Origin: Minisyncoccia bacterium | Lineage (GTDB): Bacteria; Patescibacteriota; Minisyncoccia; UBA6257; 2-01-FULL-56-20 | DNA: 64,000 nt | Assembly: GCA_050008535.1 (NCBI GenBank) | Contig: JBEKML010000001.1 | Location: 455,050-519,049 of the forward strand | Reading direction: 5' to 3' | Part shown: positions 33,637 to 44,511 of the stretch, piece after piece | Layout of the letters: each line of letters starts with the position of its first letter | How positions within the stretch are numbered: position 1 is the first letter of the stretch | Translations under genes and position numbers: made by a program | The notes under the pieces: model-generated | What the model was told of the DNA's origin: nothing | Database searches by the model: none | The model's input: only the letters and a program-made list of their open reading frames with translations

Positions 33637-35655
33637 ATGCCCGATGGGAAGTTTGCATTGATTTCAAAAAACAAGCCCGCAGGGGACCAACCGAAAGCGA
33701 TCGAGTCGCTTGTTTCTGGTTTGCGCCGCGGATTGCGCGACCAGACACTTTTGGGCGTCACGGGTTCGGGAAAGACCTTCACCATAGCCAACGTGATCGC
33801 GGAAATCGGGAAGCCCGCGCTTGTGATCGCGCACAACAAAACCTTGGCCGCGCAACTCTGCAATGAATTTCGCGAGCTGTTCCCGAAAAACTCCGTCAAT
33901 TATTTTGTTTCCTACTACGATTACTACCAGCCGGAGGCGTACATTCCTTCAAGCGATACTTATATAGACAAGGAAGCGCTCATCAATGATGAAATAGACA
34001 AGCTGCGCCACGCGGCGACGACCGCGCTCCTCACGCGGCGCGACGTGATCATTGTGGCGTCGGTCTCGTGCATTTACGGCTTGGGCGCGCCGGAAGTGTA
34101 CGCGCAGAACATTTTTCATTTTAGGGTTGGCAATCGCATTGAGCGGAAGGAATTCGCACGGAAGCTCGTGGAACTGCAGTTCAGCCGCACGAATGCGGAT
34201 TTAAAGCGCGCCACGTACCGCCTGCGCGGCGAAAACTGGGAGATCATGCCGGCGGATCGCGAGGTGATCTATAACTTTGAGGTGCGGGATGGCGTGATCC
34301 GCACGATCTATGAGGTTGATCCGGTAGTGGGATTCCAGGTGGGAAAAACGCCGCAGGTGGCGGATGTGATCTTTGCGCCGGCAAAACATTTCATCACCGA
34401 GGCGCCGGAGCGGGAGCGGGCGATCAAGGAGATCCAAGTGGAGCTGAAAGAGCGGTTAAAATATTTTGAGCGCGAGAAAAAATTCCTGGAAGCGGAGCGC
34501 TTGGAGCGCCGCACGAAGTTCGATCTTGCGATGATGCGCGAGGTGGGCTACTGCCACGGCATAGAGAACTATTCGCGCCATCTTTCCGGCCGCGCGGCGG
34601 GTGAACCGCCAGCCACGCTTTTGGATTATTTCCCGCACACGGCCGACGGCAAGCCCGATTTTCTTACGGTGATAGACGAATCGCACATGACCGTGCCGCA
34701 GCTCCAGGGCATGTTTGAAGGCGATGCCTCGCGCAAGAAGACGCTCGTAGAGTATGGCTTCCGCCTGCCATCGGCAAAAGACAACCGGCCGTTGCGATTC
34801 CCGGAATTCGTGAACCGCATCGGGCAGACGATCTATACTTCCGCGACACCCGGGCCGTATGAACGCCGCGAAAGTGATCCCAAGACCGGCGCGGGGCAAA
34901 TCGTGGAACAGATTATCCGCCCGACCGGCCTTGTGGACCCCAAGATCACGATTCGCCCCGCGCGCGGGCAGGTGGACGACCTCATCCCGCGCATTGAAGG
35001 GCGCGTGGCAAAGAAAGAACGTGTTTTAGTGACCACATTGACGAAGCGTATGGCCGAGGACCTTTCCGCGTACCTTGAAGAAAAGAAAATGAAAGTGAAT
35101 TATTTGCACAGCGATGTGAAAACGCTTGATCGCATCAAAATTTTGACAGATTTACGTAAAGGAAAAATTGAAGTGCTTGTGGGCGTGAACCTTCTCCGCG
35201 AAGGATTGGACCTGCCAGAAGTATCGCTTGTGGCGATTATGGACGCGGATAAAGAAGGCTTTCTGCGGAGCGAAGTATCTTTAATCCAAACTATCGGCCG
35301 CGCGGCGCGCAACGTGGAAGGGGAGGTGTTGATCTACGCCGACCAGATCACCGGCTCCATAGAGCGCGCGGTGGGGGAGACCGAGCGCCGCCGCAAGATC
35401 CAGATCGCCTACAACAAAGAGCACGGCATCACTCCGCGCACGATCGTCCGGGCCATATCCAGCATCCTGCCCGACGTGGACGAGATATTGAAGCTGGAGA
35501 CCAAGCCCATACCGAAATCCAAAACAGGCATGCAAAAACTGATCGCCGAGAAAGAGAGGGAGATGCGCGAGGCCGCCAAACGCCTGGACTTTGAACTCGC
35601 CGCCATTTTACGCGACGAGATAAAAGAGCTGTACAAGAAGGTGGGGAAGGGATAG
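33637..35655 (+). CDS. uvrB: Excinuclease ABC subunit B
   Basis: PAGDQP, GVTGSGKT, YFVSYYDYYQPEAY, DESH, QTIGRAARN, C-terminal UVR domain. Confidence 0.98.
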   Translation: MPDGKFALISKNKPAGDQPKAIESLVSGLRRGLRDQTLLGVTGSGKTFTIANVIAEIGKPALVIAHNKTLAAQLCNEFRELFPKNSVNYFVSYYDYYQPEAYIPSSDTYIDKEALINDEIDKLRHAATTALLTRRDVIIVASVSCIYGLGAPEVYAQNIFHFRVGNRIERKEFARKLVELQFSRTNADLKRATYRLRGENWEIMPADREVIYNFEVRDGVIRTIYEVDPVVGFQVGKTPQVADVIFAPAKHFITEAPERERAIKEIQVELKERLKYFEREKKFLEAERLERRTKFDLAMMREVGYCHGIENYSRHLSGRAAGEPPATLLDYFPHTADGKPDFLTVIDESHMTVPQLQGMFEGDASRKKTLVEYGFRLPSAKDNRPLRFPEFVNRIGQTIYTSATPGPYERRESDPKTGAGQIVEQIIRPTGLVDPKITIRPARGQVDDLIPRIEGRVAKKERVLVTTLTKRMAEDLSAYLEEKKMKVNYLHSDVKTLDRIKILTDLRKGKIEVLVGVNLLREGLDLPEVSLVAIMDADKEGFLRSEVSLIQTIGRAARNVEGEVLIYADQITGSIERAVGETERRRKIQIAYNKEHGITPRTIVRAISSILPDVDEILKLETKPIPKSKTGMQKLIAEKEREMREAAKRLDFELAAILRDEIKELYKKVGKG

Positions 35656-35691
35656 AGAAAGTCTAGCCGGATGACCGCCTTTTGTTTTTGG

Positions 35692-36549
35692 CTACTGCGC
35701 GGCGTCGGTGAACACCACCAATCTTTGGCTGTAGCTTAATCGAGCTGGATTCCAGATGCCTTCACAGGTGATAAGGTTAAGATGAATGCCGCCGTCGCGG
35801 GACGTAAAAACATCGGCGGCATCCGCTGCCGGATCATAACTGCGGCTCTCGCGGACCACGAAAGCGATGGATTCTCCTTTGTCGTTCAGGACATACAGTT
35901 TGTCCCCCGCGCTCAGTTCATTCAAATTGCCGAACACGCCGGGTTTCGTCAGTATCCCTCCGCGTATCTGAGCGATATGCCCGGTAACGACGGCAACGCC
36001 CTTTTCTCCAGGGCGCGCACTGCCCGTAAACCAGCCTACGTCAACGATATTGCTCGGTATTTCTATTACCCCATCGGGTGTGAGGCCGTTATATTGAAAA
36101 CCCGCGTCAATGTTGAGCTTCGGGATCTTGAGACGCACCGGGGATCCATCTGCGTTCTTCGCAATCGCTACGCTCGTCGTTCCGGCCACTGCAGTTGTTG
36201 TTGCGACCGTACTCTGCGCCCCGGTCGCATCAATTGCTGCTTGCTGGACGGTCGCGTTAATTTTCCCCCTTGAAACAGGGCCGAAAAAACCGGCGGAAGG
36301 ATAGACACCCGCCGATGCCTGCCATGCGCGAAGAGCGGTTCTGGTAAGCGGACCAAAGTAACCGGTGGGGGCGGGAATTCCCAGAAAACCGCCGGCAATT
36401 AAAAATTGCTGCAGGGCGGATACTTCGTCCCCGCGGGTTCCGAGCGTAAGATCATGGGTGAAGGTAAAACCTTCTCCGTTCGCGCTATTCCCGGCCATAG
36501 CAACACAGAGCAATAGCGCAACGAACCATATTTTATTTAATACCTTCAT
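35692..36549 (-). CDS. Class F sortase fused to a peptidoglycan-binding domain
   Basis: Signal/TM; DLTLG..GDEV.ALQ...GYFGPLTR; PVRLKIP, VGWF..S..PG, GH, LITCEG, R catalytic pattern. Confidence 0.85.
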   Translation of the reverse strand: MKVLNKIWFVALLLCVAMAGNSANGEGFTFTHDLTLGTRGDEVSALQQFLIAGGFLGIPAPTGYFGPLTRTALRAWQASAGVYPSAGFFGPVSRGKINATVQQAAIDATGAQSTVATTTAVAGTTSVAIAKNADGSPVRLKIPKLNIDAGFQYNGLTPDGVIEIPSNIVDVGWFTGSARPGEKGVAVVTGHIAQIRGGILTKPGVFGNLNELSAGDKLYVLNDKGESIAFVVRESRSYDPAADAADVFTSRDGGIHLNLITCEGIWNPARLSYSQRLVVFTDAAQ

Positions 36550-36561
36550 CGCACTATCATT

Positions 36562-37221
36562 ATGCCATACATCCCCATGAAACCCGTCCTCCTCTCTCTC
36601 GCGCTTGCCTGCGAAATAATTATTATTTTTATCCTCGCCACGAACCTCACCGTTCGGGGTATCGCGGCGCCATATATTTATGAGAACGCCAAAGACGCTT
36701 CGGAAACGCAGGCAGCGGTCATCCCCGGAGCGGCGCTCTTGCCGGACGGCACGCTGTCCCCGATATTCAAAGACCGCGTGGATGCGGCCATCGCATTGTA
36801 CGAGGATAAGAAAGTTTCTAAAATTCTTGTGTCGGGCGACAACAGCACGGTGAGCCATAACGAAGTGAATCCGGTCCGCAATTACCTTTTGCTCAAAGGC
36901 ATTCCCGACCAGGATATTTTTCTCGATCACGCGGGTTTCAATACTTACAGCACGATGTACCGCGCCCGGGATATTTTCGGCGTTACTTCCATGCTGATCA
37001 CCACTCAATCGTTCCATTTGCCCCGCGCGGTGTTCATTGCCCGCGAGCTCGGGATAAACGCTTACGGGGTGAACGCGGACAACGGCCCCTCCCTTTTCCG
37101 GAACTATTTCCGCGAAGCGTTCGCTGACGAGAAAGCAGTGTTCGATCTGGTGTTCCATGCAAAACCGAAGTATCTGGGGGACCGGATCCCCATAACGGGC
37201 GATGGGAGGTATAATCCTTAA
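36562..37221 (+). CDS. SanA/YdcF (DUF218) family protein
   Basis: DRVDAA, ILVSGDN, DHAGFNTY, ITTQSFHLPRA, RE; alternative start 36577. Confidence 0.88.
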   Translation: MPYIPMKPVLLSLALACEIIIIFILATNLTVRGIAAPYIYENAKDASETQAAVIPGAALLPDGTLSPIFKDRVDAAIALYEDKKVSKILVSGDNSTVSHNEVNPVRNYLLLKGIPDQDIFLDHAGFNTYSTMYRARDIFGVTSMLITTQSFHLPRAVFIARELGINAYGVNADNGPSLFRNYFREAFADEKAVFDLVFHAKPKYLGDRIPITGDGRYNP

Positions 37222-37223
37222 AT

Positions 37224-38612
37224 ATGAATCATCTTGAGCGTTATGCGGTAGTGATCTTGTTGTTCGCGCTTGCAGTCTTGCCCGCCGCGGCGGGGGCGCA
37301 AACGACCAGTACGACATTCAGGACGGCGTCCTCTTCGCACAACCGGTTCTATTGGGATGGTTCAAGCGTGCCGACCAGCACCCTTCAGCAACAAATACGA
37401 GGATATCGGCAGCAATCGGGCGATCTGCAGCAAAAAATTTCCGCATTGGGCAGTACGGCCGCTGCCTCGGTTTCGATGCCCGTTCTTTTTGGCGTCGGGA
37501 TCAAAGACATCTCGCCGAACTTTGGCGACCCGCGCTCCGGCGGCCGAACGCACGAGGGCGAGGATATTATGGCGGTTAAGGGGACCCCGATCGTTTCTCC
37601 GACCCCTGCAGTCGTCTTGCATATCGAAACGGGCGTGGACGAAGGGAACGCGGTCTATACCGCGAATCCGGGCGGCGAAACATTCGTCTATATGCATCTT
37701 GACCGTTTCGGCGAGGGCGTAGCGTCGGGGGTCGTCTTGGGACAGGGCTCGCTTATCGGCTATGTGGGGAATACCGGCAACGCCTCAAGCGGACCCGCGC
37801 ACCTTCACTTTGAGATACACAATAGTTCCGGCGTTCCGGTGGATCCGTTTCCGCGCCTGACGGGAGAGTTCACCATCCAGGAAAAGATAACGGACCTCGC
37901 GACGATCCTTATGCAGACTTCCGACAGCACCGCTCTCGCGCGGTTTCTTGTGACGAACTTCCGTGGGACGTTCATTGCCGCTCTCGCCGCCAATATCACC
38001 CTGCCCGCGCCCGTGATCGACGCTCTTGCGTCCATTCCGGCAGTTCCTGCGCCGGTAAGCGCGGGCGGCGGCCCCCTCCCTGCCGGCGATCTTGATATCG
38101 GTTCGTCCGGCGCGGCGGTTGTTGCGCTTCAGGAATATCTGATACAAGCGGCTTCGGGCGCCGCGGCGACGCGCCTTGCGGGCGCCGGCGCAACCGGTAA
38201 TTTCGGGATGATCACGAAAGCGGCTCTTGTGGAATACCAGGTGGCGGTGGGCATTTCTCCGCCCGGCGGATACTATGGGCCCGTAACACGGGCATTCGTT
38301 ACTGCTCATCCCCTTGGGACGGCGCAGCCGCCCGCGGTTTCAAGCAGTTCCACTGTTGGCGGTAGTGGCGTGGCACTTTCGCGCGACCTCTACCGTGGCG
38401 TGAGCGGCGAGGACGTGCGCACGCTCCAAAGACTTTTGAATGCTAATGGATTTACGGTCGCGGAAACGGGCTCTGGCTCTCCGGGAAACGAGACAACCTA
38501 TTTCGGTCCGGCGACGGAGGCCGCGGTCATTAGATTCCAGATCGCGCGCGGCATCACGCCCTCCGTGGGCTACGTCGGACCGCTTACCCGCGCAGCGCTC
38601 GCGGCTCTCTAA
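37224..38612 (+). CDS. M23 metallopeptidase with two peptidoglycan-binding domains
   Basis: HEGEDI, YMHL, GYVGNTGN, HLHFEI; C-terminal G.DV..LQ...YFGPAT repeats. Confidence 0.9.
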   Translation: MNHLERYAVVILLFALAVLPAAAGAQTTSTTFRTASSSHNRFYWDGSSVPTSTLQQQIRGYRQQSGDLQQKISALGSTAAASVSMPVLFGVGIKDISPNFGDPRSGGRTHEGEDIMAVKGTPIVSPTPAVVLHIETGVDEGNAVYTANPGGETFVYMHLDRFGEGVASGVVLGQGSLIGYVGNTGNASSGPAHLHFEIHNSSGVPVDPFPRLTGEFTIQEKITDLATILMQTSDSTALARFLVTNFRGTFIAALAANITLPAPVIDALASIPAVPAPVSAGGGPLPAGDLDIGSSGAAVVALQEYLIQAASGAAATRLAGAGATGNFGMITKAALVEYQVAVGISPPGGYYGPVTRAFVTAHPLGTAQPPAVSSSSTVGGSGVALSRDLYRGVSGEDVRTLQRLLNANGFTVAETGSGSPGNETTYFGPATEAAVIRFQIARGITPSVGYVGPLTRAALAAL

Positions 38613-38624
38613 GGAAAGACTGTT

Positions 38625-39824
38625 ATGGCTAATTCGAAGGACCCGCCGAAAAACAGGAATGTATTTTTTGTCGGCCTCTTAAGCTTCTTCGGCGGCATCA
38701 GCCAGGACGTTTTCACGCCCATCCTGCCGATCTATTACACGACCGTCCTTGGGTTCGATAAAGCGTTCGTCGGCGTCGCCGAGGGACTTGTGACGGCGAG
38801 CAGTTATCTCTTCACGGTCGTTTCGGGGTTCTTTTCCGACAAGTTCAAAAAACAGAAGCCGATCATCTTCCTGGGATATTTTCTCTCCATGATCAGCCGC
38901 CCCCTTCTTGCGTTCCTGACCTCGGGCGCGGCGGTGCTGGGCCTTCGTTTTATTGACGGAACGGGCAAGGGCATCAAGGATCCGCCAAAGGACGTTTTGA
39001 TCGCGGGTTCCGCGGAGAAAACGACGAGAGGCAGAAGTTTCGGCGTTGCACGGATGCTTGATACGCTGGGCTCCGTCGCCGGGCCGCTTATCCTTTTCGG
39101 GCTTTTGTACCTCCTGAGTGGGAGTGCATTGCTGTACCATTACATACTTCTCTTCGCCGCCGTTCCGCTCCTTATCACGCTTTTGATCCTCGTTGCGAAA
39201 ATAAAAGAGGTCGGGCCCCGGGATCCCGCGCAGCCCCAAAAATCCGCGTCAAGCGCTCCACTGCCCGGGTCGTTCTACCTCTTCCTTGCCATCGTGATCC
39301 TTTTTACGCTCGGCAATTCATCCGATGCGTTTCTCATCCTGCGGGCAAAGAATCTCGGTTTAACATTGCTTGAGGTCCCGCTCGTCATCGCCCTTTTCAA
39401 TCTTATCTACGCGATGTTCGCGGTTCCCTTTGGGTCGCTTTCCGACAAGATCGGCCGCGTTCCCACGATGCTCATTGGCTGGTTTACCTACGCCCTTGTC
39501 TACCTTGGGTTCGCTCTCGCCTCGCAGGCTTTCTTTGTCTGGTTTCTCTATGGGTTTTACGGCATCTACTATGCGACGAGCCAGGGGGTCGCAAAGGCCT
39601 TCCTTGCCGACATGGTGGGGTTTGAGCATCGCGGCAGGGCGTTCGGCATCTATGGGACGGCCATAGGACTGGCTACGCTTCCGGCAAGTTTTTTCGCAGG
39701 ATTTTTGTGGGATAAGTTCGGCCCTCAATACCCTTTTTACTTCGGGGCAACCATCGCGGCTGTGGCGGCCATCCTTCTTTTCTCTTTCTCGAAGCGCTTA
39801 CGAGGAGATCGTTCCCTTATTTGA
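38625..39824 (+). CDS. MFS transporter
   Basis: About 12 TM; GFFSDK and GSLSDKIGR motifs; GKGIKDPPKD. Confidence 0.92.
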   Translation: MANSKDPPKNRNVFFVGLLSFFGGISQDVFTPILPIYYTTVLGFDKAFVGVAEGLVTASSYLFTVVSGFFSDKFKKQKPIIFLGYFLSMISRPLLAFLTSGAAVLGLRFIDGTGKGIKDPPKDVLIAGSAEKTTRGRSFGVARMLDTLGSVAGPLILFGLLYLLSGSALLYHYILLFAAVPLLITLLILVAKIKEVGPRDPAQPQKSASSAPLPGSFYLFLAIVILFTLGNSSDAFLILRAKNLGLTLLEVPLVIALFNLIYAMFAVPFGSLSDKIGRVPTMLIGWFTYALVYLGFALASQAFFVWFLYGFYGIYYATSQGVAKAFLADMVGFEHRGRAFGIYGTAIGLATLPASFFAGFLWDKFGPQYPFYFGATIAAVAAILLFSFSKRLRGDRSLI

Positions 39825-39851
39825 CGCCTTAATTTTGTTAGAATAAGGGTA

Positions 39852-41579
39852 ATGCAGCCGGAAACGCGCACCTGCCAGAATTGCAAAACCCAGTTCACGA
39901 TCGAGCCGGACGATTTTGCGTTCTATGAGAAGATAAAAGTTCCGCCGCCGACGTTCTGCCCCGATTGCCGTCAGCAGCGGCGGATGACGTGGCGGAACGA
40001 TTATAATTTTTTTCCGCGGGAATGTGCTCTGTGCAAGAACAGGATTCTCTCTATCTACTCGCCGGACAAGCCCTTTCCGGTATATTGCCCAAAATGCTGG
40101 TGGGGCGATCAATGGGATGCCAAGAAATTCGGGAAGGATATTAATGCTGAAAAACCGTTTTTTCCGCAGTTTAAAGAATTATTGGATGCGGTCCCGGCGC
40201 TTGCCATTTTGAACGATGATGGGATTGCGAGCGTGAATTGCCAATATACCAATTATTTCGCCCTCGGAAAAAATTGTTATATGGTCATCAATTCTTGGAA
40301 AGTGGAAGAGTGCATGTACTCAGTCTGCCTTGTTGGGGCGAAAAATGCGGTGGATTGCGCGGTGCTTTTAGAGGGTGGAGAGCAGCTCTATCACGCCATA
40401 AATGTGGACGCTTCTTCCCGTTGCCGCTACGCGTTCAATTCGGCGGGGCTTCTTGATTGCGCCTATTGCTACGATTGCCGTAACTGCTCAAACTGTTTCT
40501 TGTCAATTGGGCTCCGCGGTAAGAAGTACTGCTTCAAAAACCAGCAGCATACAAAAGAAGAATACGAAGCAATCATCAAAGAATATGCGCTTCAGACATG
40601 GACGGGTGCGGAGCGGGCGCGGAAGGAATTTGAGATGTTCATCCTTCAGCATCCACGAAAATATGCCAACATTATAAACAGCGTAAATTGCAGCGGCGAT
40701 TATTTGGTAAATTCAAAAAACGCAAAACATTGTTATATCACTGTCCGGGTGGAAAATTCAAAATATTTTGAGCGGGGCGATACTATTCGCGACAGCTACG
40801 ATTGTTTGAGCGGGGGAGAACAAGAGCTGTGTTACGATTCAATCAATCCCGATAATTCGTACCACGCCTTGTTCACTGGTTATTGTCATAAAGATAATGA
40901 CGTTATATACAGCGACAGCTGCCAATCGTCGGAACACCTTTTCGGATGCGTGGGGTTAAAGAGTGCGCAGTATTGTATTTTGAACAAACAATATGCAAAA
41001 GAAGAATATGAGAAGCTTGTTCCAATGCTGGTAAAGAAAATGGAATCGCGCGGCGAGTACGGAGAATTTTTCCCTGCCGCGCTTTCTCCGTTTTGTTATA
41101 ACGAATCAGTTGCTCAGGACGAATATCCATTAGATAGGGATGCGGTGATTTCGACGGGCTTGCGATGGCAGGAAAACTTTACAAAAACGGAAGGGAAAGA
41201 AACTCTTCGGGAAGTCCCGGATGACATTAACGAGGTGCCCGATAATATCGTCCAAAGTATCTTGGCGTGTTCTCTTTGTAAACGGAACTATCGCGTGATT
41301 GAAGACGAGCTACGGTTTTATCGGCAAAACCAGATTCCTGTTCCTCGCGCCTGCTTCTTTTGCAGATTCACCCAATTATATGAAGAGCGTGGGCCTGTTC
41401 ATTTGTGGACGCGCGCATGCCAATGCGGCGGAGGAGCATCGTCCAATGGCGCATATCACAATATCCAAGCTCATTTTCATGCTACGAGTTCTTGTCCAAA
41501 TAAATTCGAAACATCCTATTCTTCCGATCGCCCTGAGATTGTCTATTGCGAGCAGTGCTATAACGCTGAAGTAGCGTAA
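39852..41579 (+). CDS. Cys-rich zinc-ribbon/beta-solenoid protein of unknown function (CPR-typical)
   Basis: CQNC..F, PPPTFCPDCR, VYCPKCWW, C..C repeats, GEFFP, VYCEQCY. Confidence 0.8.
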   Translation: MQPETRTCQNCKTQFTIEPDDFAFYEKIKVPPPTFCPDCRQQRRMTWRNDYNFFPRECALCKNRILSIYSPDKPFPVYCPKCWWGDQWDAKKFGKDINAEKPFFPQFKELLDAVPALAILNDDGIASVNCQYTNYFALGKNCYMVINSWKVEECMYSVCLVGAKNAVDCAVLLEGGEQLYHAINVDASSRCRYAFNSAGLLDCAYCYDCRNCSNCFLSIGLRGKKYCFKNQQHTKEEYEAIIKEYALQTWTGAERARKEFEMFILQHPRKYANIINSVNCSGDYLVNSKNAKHCYITVRVENSKYFERGDTIRDSYDCLSGGEQELCYDSINPDNSYHALFTGYCHKDNDVIYSDSCQSSEHLFGCVGLKSAQYCILNKQYAKEEYEKLVPMLVKKMESRGEYGEFFPAALSPFCYNESVAQDEYPLDRDAVISTGLRWQENFTKTEGKETLREVPDDINEVPDNIVQSILACSLCKRNYRVIEDELRFYRQNQIPVPRACFFCRFTQLYEERGPVHLWTRACQCGGGASSNGAYHNIQAHFHATSSCPNKFETSYSSDRPEIVYCEQCYNAEVA

Positions 41580-41671
41580 TATTATTTGACCTCGCGGCAT
41601 TTCGCCGCTATACTTCTCCTGATATACCCCTACAGGGCTCGACCCGGGGGCAATTTACGTATTGCAAACAC

Positions 41672-44200
41672 ATGCCACACGACAAGATCATCATTAAGGG
41701 TGCGCGCGAGCATAATCTGAAGAACATCAATCTTGAGATCCCGCGGGACAAGATGGTTGTTTTTACGGGCTTGTCCGGCTCGGGGAAGTCCAGTTTGGCG
41801 TTTGATACCATCTTCGCCGAGGGCCAGCGCCGCTATATTGAATCTCTATCCGCCTACGCGCGGCAGTTTTTGGGGCGGTTGGATAAGCCGGACGTGGACG
41901 ACATTGAAGGGCTTTCGCCTGCGATCTCAATAGATCAAAAGAGCCATTCGGCGAACCCGCGTTCTACCGTCGCGACGATCACGGAGATTTATGATTATCT
42001 CCGCGTGCTTTTTGCGCGTGCGGGAAAGCCGTATTGTCCGACCTGCGGCCGCGAGATCCAGAAACTTACGAACGAAGGGATCGTGGATGTGGCGATAGAT
42101 ATTGGGAATGAAAATAGCGGCGCGAAGGGAGCGAAGAAGAATATGGTGATCTTGGCGCCGGTGGTGCGCGGGAGAAAAGGGGAATATTACCAGATGCTTT
42201 ACGATTTTTTGAACGCGGGATTTTCCGAGGTGCGCATTGACGGCGCCTATCATTCGCTCCGCGAGCGCGTGGAGCTCGGCCGCTACAAAGTGCACACGAT
42301 CGAGCTTGTTGTGGACCGCATGCCCGCCGGCATCAATTTCAAAGAAAAGGACAATCGCCTGCGGCTTGCGGAAGCGATCGAGTCGGCGCTCAAATACGGG
42401 AACGATGTTGTGACGATCATTGCCGACAGGGAGGTTTCTTTGTCCGCAAAATTCACCTGTCCGCACGACGGATTTTCGTTTCCGGAGATCGAGCCGCGGT
42501 TGTTCTCGTTCAATAGCCCCTACGGCGCGTGCCCCGAATGCCACGGCCTGGGCACGAAGGAGATTTGGTCGGAAGAGGTTTGCCCCGTCTGTGCGGGGAA
42601 GCGGTTGCGCGAGGAAAGTTTGAACGTGCTCATAGACGGGAAGAACATAAACAACGCGACGGCGTTTTCCATTGAGGCGGCGTACAAATTTTTTGACAAG
42701 ATGAAGTTCAAAAATGCGTCGCTTGCGGAAGTGGCCGAGGCGCCGCTCCGCGAGATCAAAAGCCGCCTGAAGTTCATGATGGACGTCGGTTTGGAATATT
42801 TGACGCTTGACCGCAAAGCGGGGACGCTCTCCGGCGGCGAGGCGCAGCGGATACGGCTTGCGTCGCAGATCGGCTCGCGGCTCGTGGGGACGCTCTATAT
42901 CCTTGACGAGCCGACGATCGGGCTTCACCAGCGGGACAATGCGAAGCTTATACAAACACTTCATGACCTGCGCGATTTGGGGAATACGATCATTGTGGTG
43001 GAACATGACGAAGAAACGATCCGCAAGTCGGATTATCTGGTGGACATCGGGCCTGCGGCGGGCGTGCATGGCGGGAAAATTATGGCAGCCGGCCCGATCC
43101 CGGAAATTATCAAAGATACCAAAAAGGATTCGCTTACGCTGCAATATCTGCGCGGCAAAAAGTTCATTGAAGTGCCGGAGAAGCGGCGCACGGTGGGAAC
43201 GAAGCAGGAATATTTGAAGATCCTCGGCGCGCACGCGAACAATCTGAAGGACATTAACGTTGAAATTCCCTTGCGGCGCCTGGTTGCCGTGACGGGCGTT
43301 TCGGGCTCCGGTAAATCCAGCTTGGTCTACGACGTGCTTTATAAAGCGGCCGCGGACAAATTGAACCGCGCGAATTACAAAGCGGGCGGCTATAAGCAGA
43401 TGCTCGGCTTGGAATATGTGAACCGCATCATCAATATTGACCAGTCGGCGATCGGACGCACGCCGCGCTCCAATCCGGCGACGTACGTGGGCGCCTGGAC
43501 GCATATCCGCGATCTTTTTGCTTCTACGGAGGATGCGCGCGTGCGCGGCTACAAACCCGGAAGGTTCAGCTTCAACGTGCCGGGCGGTCGCTGTGAGAAC
43601 TGCGAAGGGCACGGCACGATCGCGATTGAGATGCACTTTTTGCCGACGGTCTATGTGAGCTGCGATGTCTGCAAGGGCAAGCGTTTTGACCGCGAAACAT
43701 TGGAAGTGGAATACCGCGGCAAAAACATCTACGATATTTTGCGGATGACGGTTGAAGAGGCGGTCAAATTCTACGAGGACATCCCGTGGCTGCATGAAAA
43801 ACTTACGATTTTGGAAGAGGTCGGTTTGGGATATTTGGAACTTGGCCAGTCGGCGACCACGCTCTCCGGCGGCGAGGCACAGCGCATCAAGCTTTCCGCC
43901 GAACTCGGCAAACGCGACACGCGGCGTACTTTATATTTGCTTGATGAGCCCACGACCGGCTTGCACTTCGCGGACATTGATCAATTGCTGAAAGTGTTGC
44001 AGCGGCTGGTAGACAGGGGGAACACCGTGGTGGTGATCGAACATAACCTGGATGTCATCAAAACCGCCGATTGGGTGATCGATCTCGGTCCCGAGGGCGG
44101 CGAGCGCGGCGGGCGGATCGTAGCGCAGGGCACGCCGGAGGAGATCATGCGCCGCGCCGGAAGCGCGACTGGCGAATACTTACGGAAGGTCCTGAAATAA
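41672..44200 (+). CDS. uvrA: Excinuclease ABC subunit A
   Basis: Two ABC cassettes ([26 protein letters not shown] twice), zinc fingers; promoter TTGACC...TATACT about 41586-41613. Confidence 0.98.
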   Translation: MPHDKIIIKGAREHNLKNINLEIPRDKMVVFTGLSGSGKSSLAFDTIFAEGQRRYIESLSAYARQFLGRLDKPDVDDIEGLSPAISIDQKSHSANPRSTVATITEIYDYLRVLFARAGKPYCPTCGREIQKLTNEGIVDVAIDIGNENSGAKGAKKNMVILAPVVRGRKGEYYQMLYDFLNAGFSEVRIDGAYHSLRERVELGRYKVHTIELVVDRMPAGINFKEKDNRLRLAEAIESALKYGNDVVTIIADREVSLSAKFTCPHDGFSFPEIEPRLFSFNSPYGACPECHGLGTKEIWSEEVCPVCAGKRLREESLNVLIDGKNINNATAFSIEAAYKFFDKMKFKNASLAEVAEAPLREIKSRLKFMMDVGLEYLTLDRKAGTLSGGEAQRIRLASQIGSRLVGTLYILDEPTIGLHQRDNAKLIQTLHDLRDLGNTIIVVEHDEETIRKSDYLVDIGPAAGVHGGKIMAAGPIPEIIKDTKKDSLTLQYLRGKKFIEVPEKRRTVGTKQEYLKILGAHANNLKDINVEIPLRRLVAVTGVSGSGKSSLVYDVLYKAAADKLNRANYKAGGYKQMLGLEYVNRIINIDQSAIGRTPRSNPATYVGAWTHIRDLFASTEDARVRGYKPGRFSFNVPGGRCENCEGHGTIAIEMHFLPTVYVSCDVCKGKRFDRETLEVEYRGKNIYDILRMTVEEAVKFYEDIPWLHEKLTILEEVGLGYLELGQSATTLSGGEAQRIKLSAELGKRDTRRTLYLLDEPTTGLHFADIDQLLKVLQRLVDRGNTVVVIEHNLDVIKTADWVIDLGPEGGERGGRIVAQGTPEEIMRRAGSATGEYLRKVLK

Positions 44201-44217
44201 TTTGCTATAATGAATCC

Positions 44218-44508
44218 ATGATAAAGATCGACGGCAATACTCTCTGGCGCGGCGGAGAAAAGATCGGCTCAATCGACGGCCATCGTATTTGGGCGCATGA
44301 TGGCAAGAAGCTCGGCTACTTTGACGACCGGTATATCTACAGCGAAGGAGGGCACAAGCTCGCCTATGTGGAGGGCGACTATCTTATCTCCTACGGCGCC
44401 GGTGGGGACGAATCAAGGATACGCCTGGAAACAGTGAGCGAAGAAGTGGAGGGCGGCATCGCGCCCGGCATTGAAAAATGCGCGGTGTATGTGCTTTTAG
44501 GTAGTTAA
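44218..44508 (+). CDS. Small hypothetical protein with G-K-(I/L)-G beta repeats
   Basis: TATAAT 6 nt before ATG 44218; GEKIGSID/GKKLGYFD/GHKLAYVE repeats. Confidence 0.7.
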   Translation: MIKIDGNTLWRGGEKIGSIDGHRIWAHDGKKLGYFDDRYIYSEGGHKLAYVEGDYLISYGAGGDESRIRLETVSEEVEGGIAPGIEKCAVYVLLGS

Positions 44509-44511
44509 AAA

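Noticed and set aside
36550-37317. N-terminal extension of the 541-aa minus ORF
   Set aside because: Antisense shadow of the SanA-like gene; the sortase signal peptide starts at 36549
41927-43795. 622-aa minus-strand ORF and many similar overlapping ORFs in the track
   Set aside because: Antisense shadows of conserved GC-rich genes such as uvrA and secA, with no recognisable motifs
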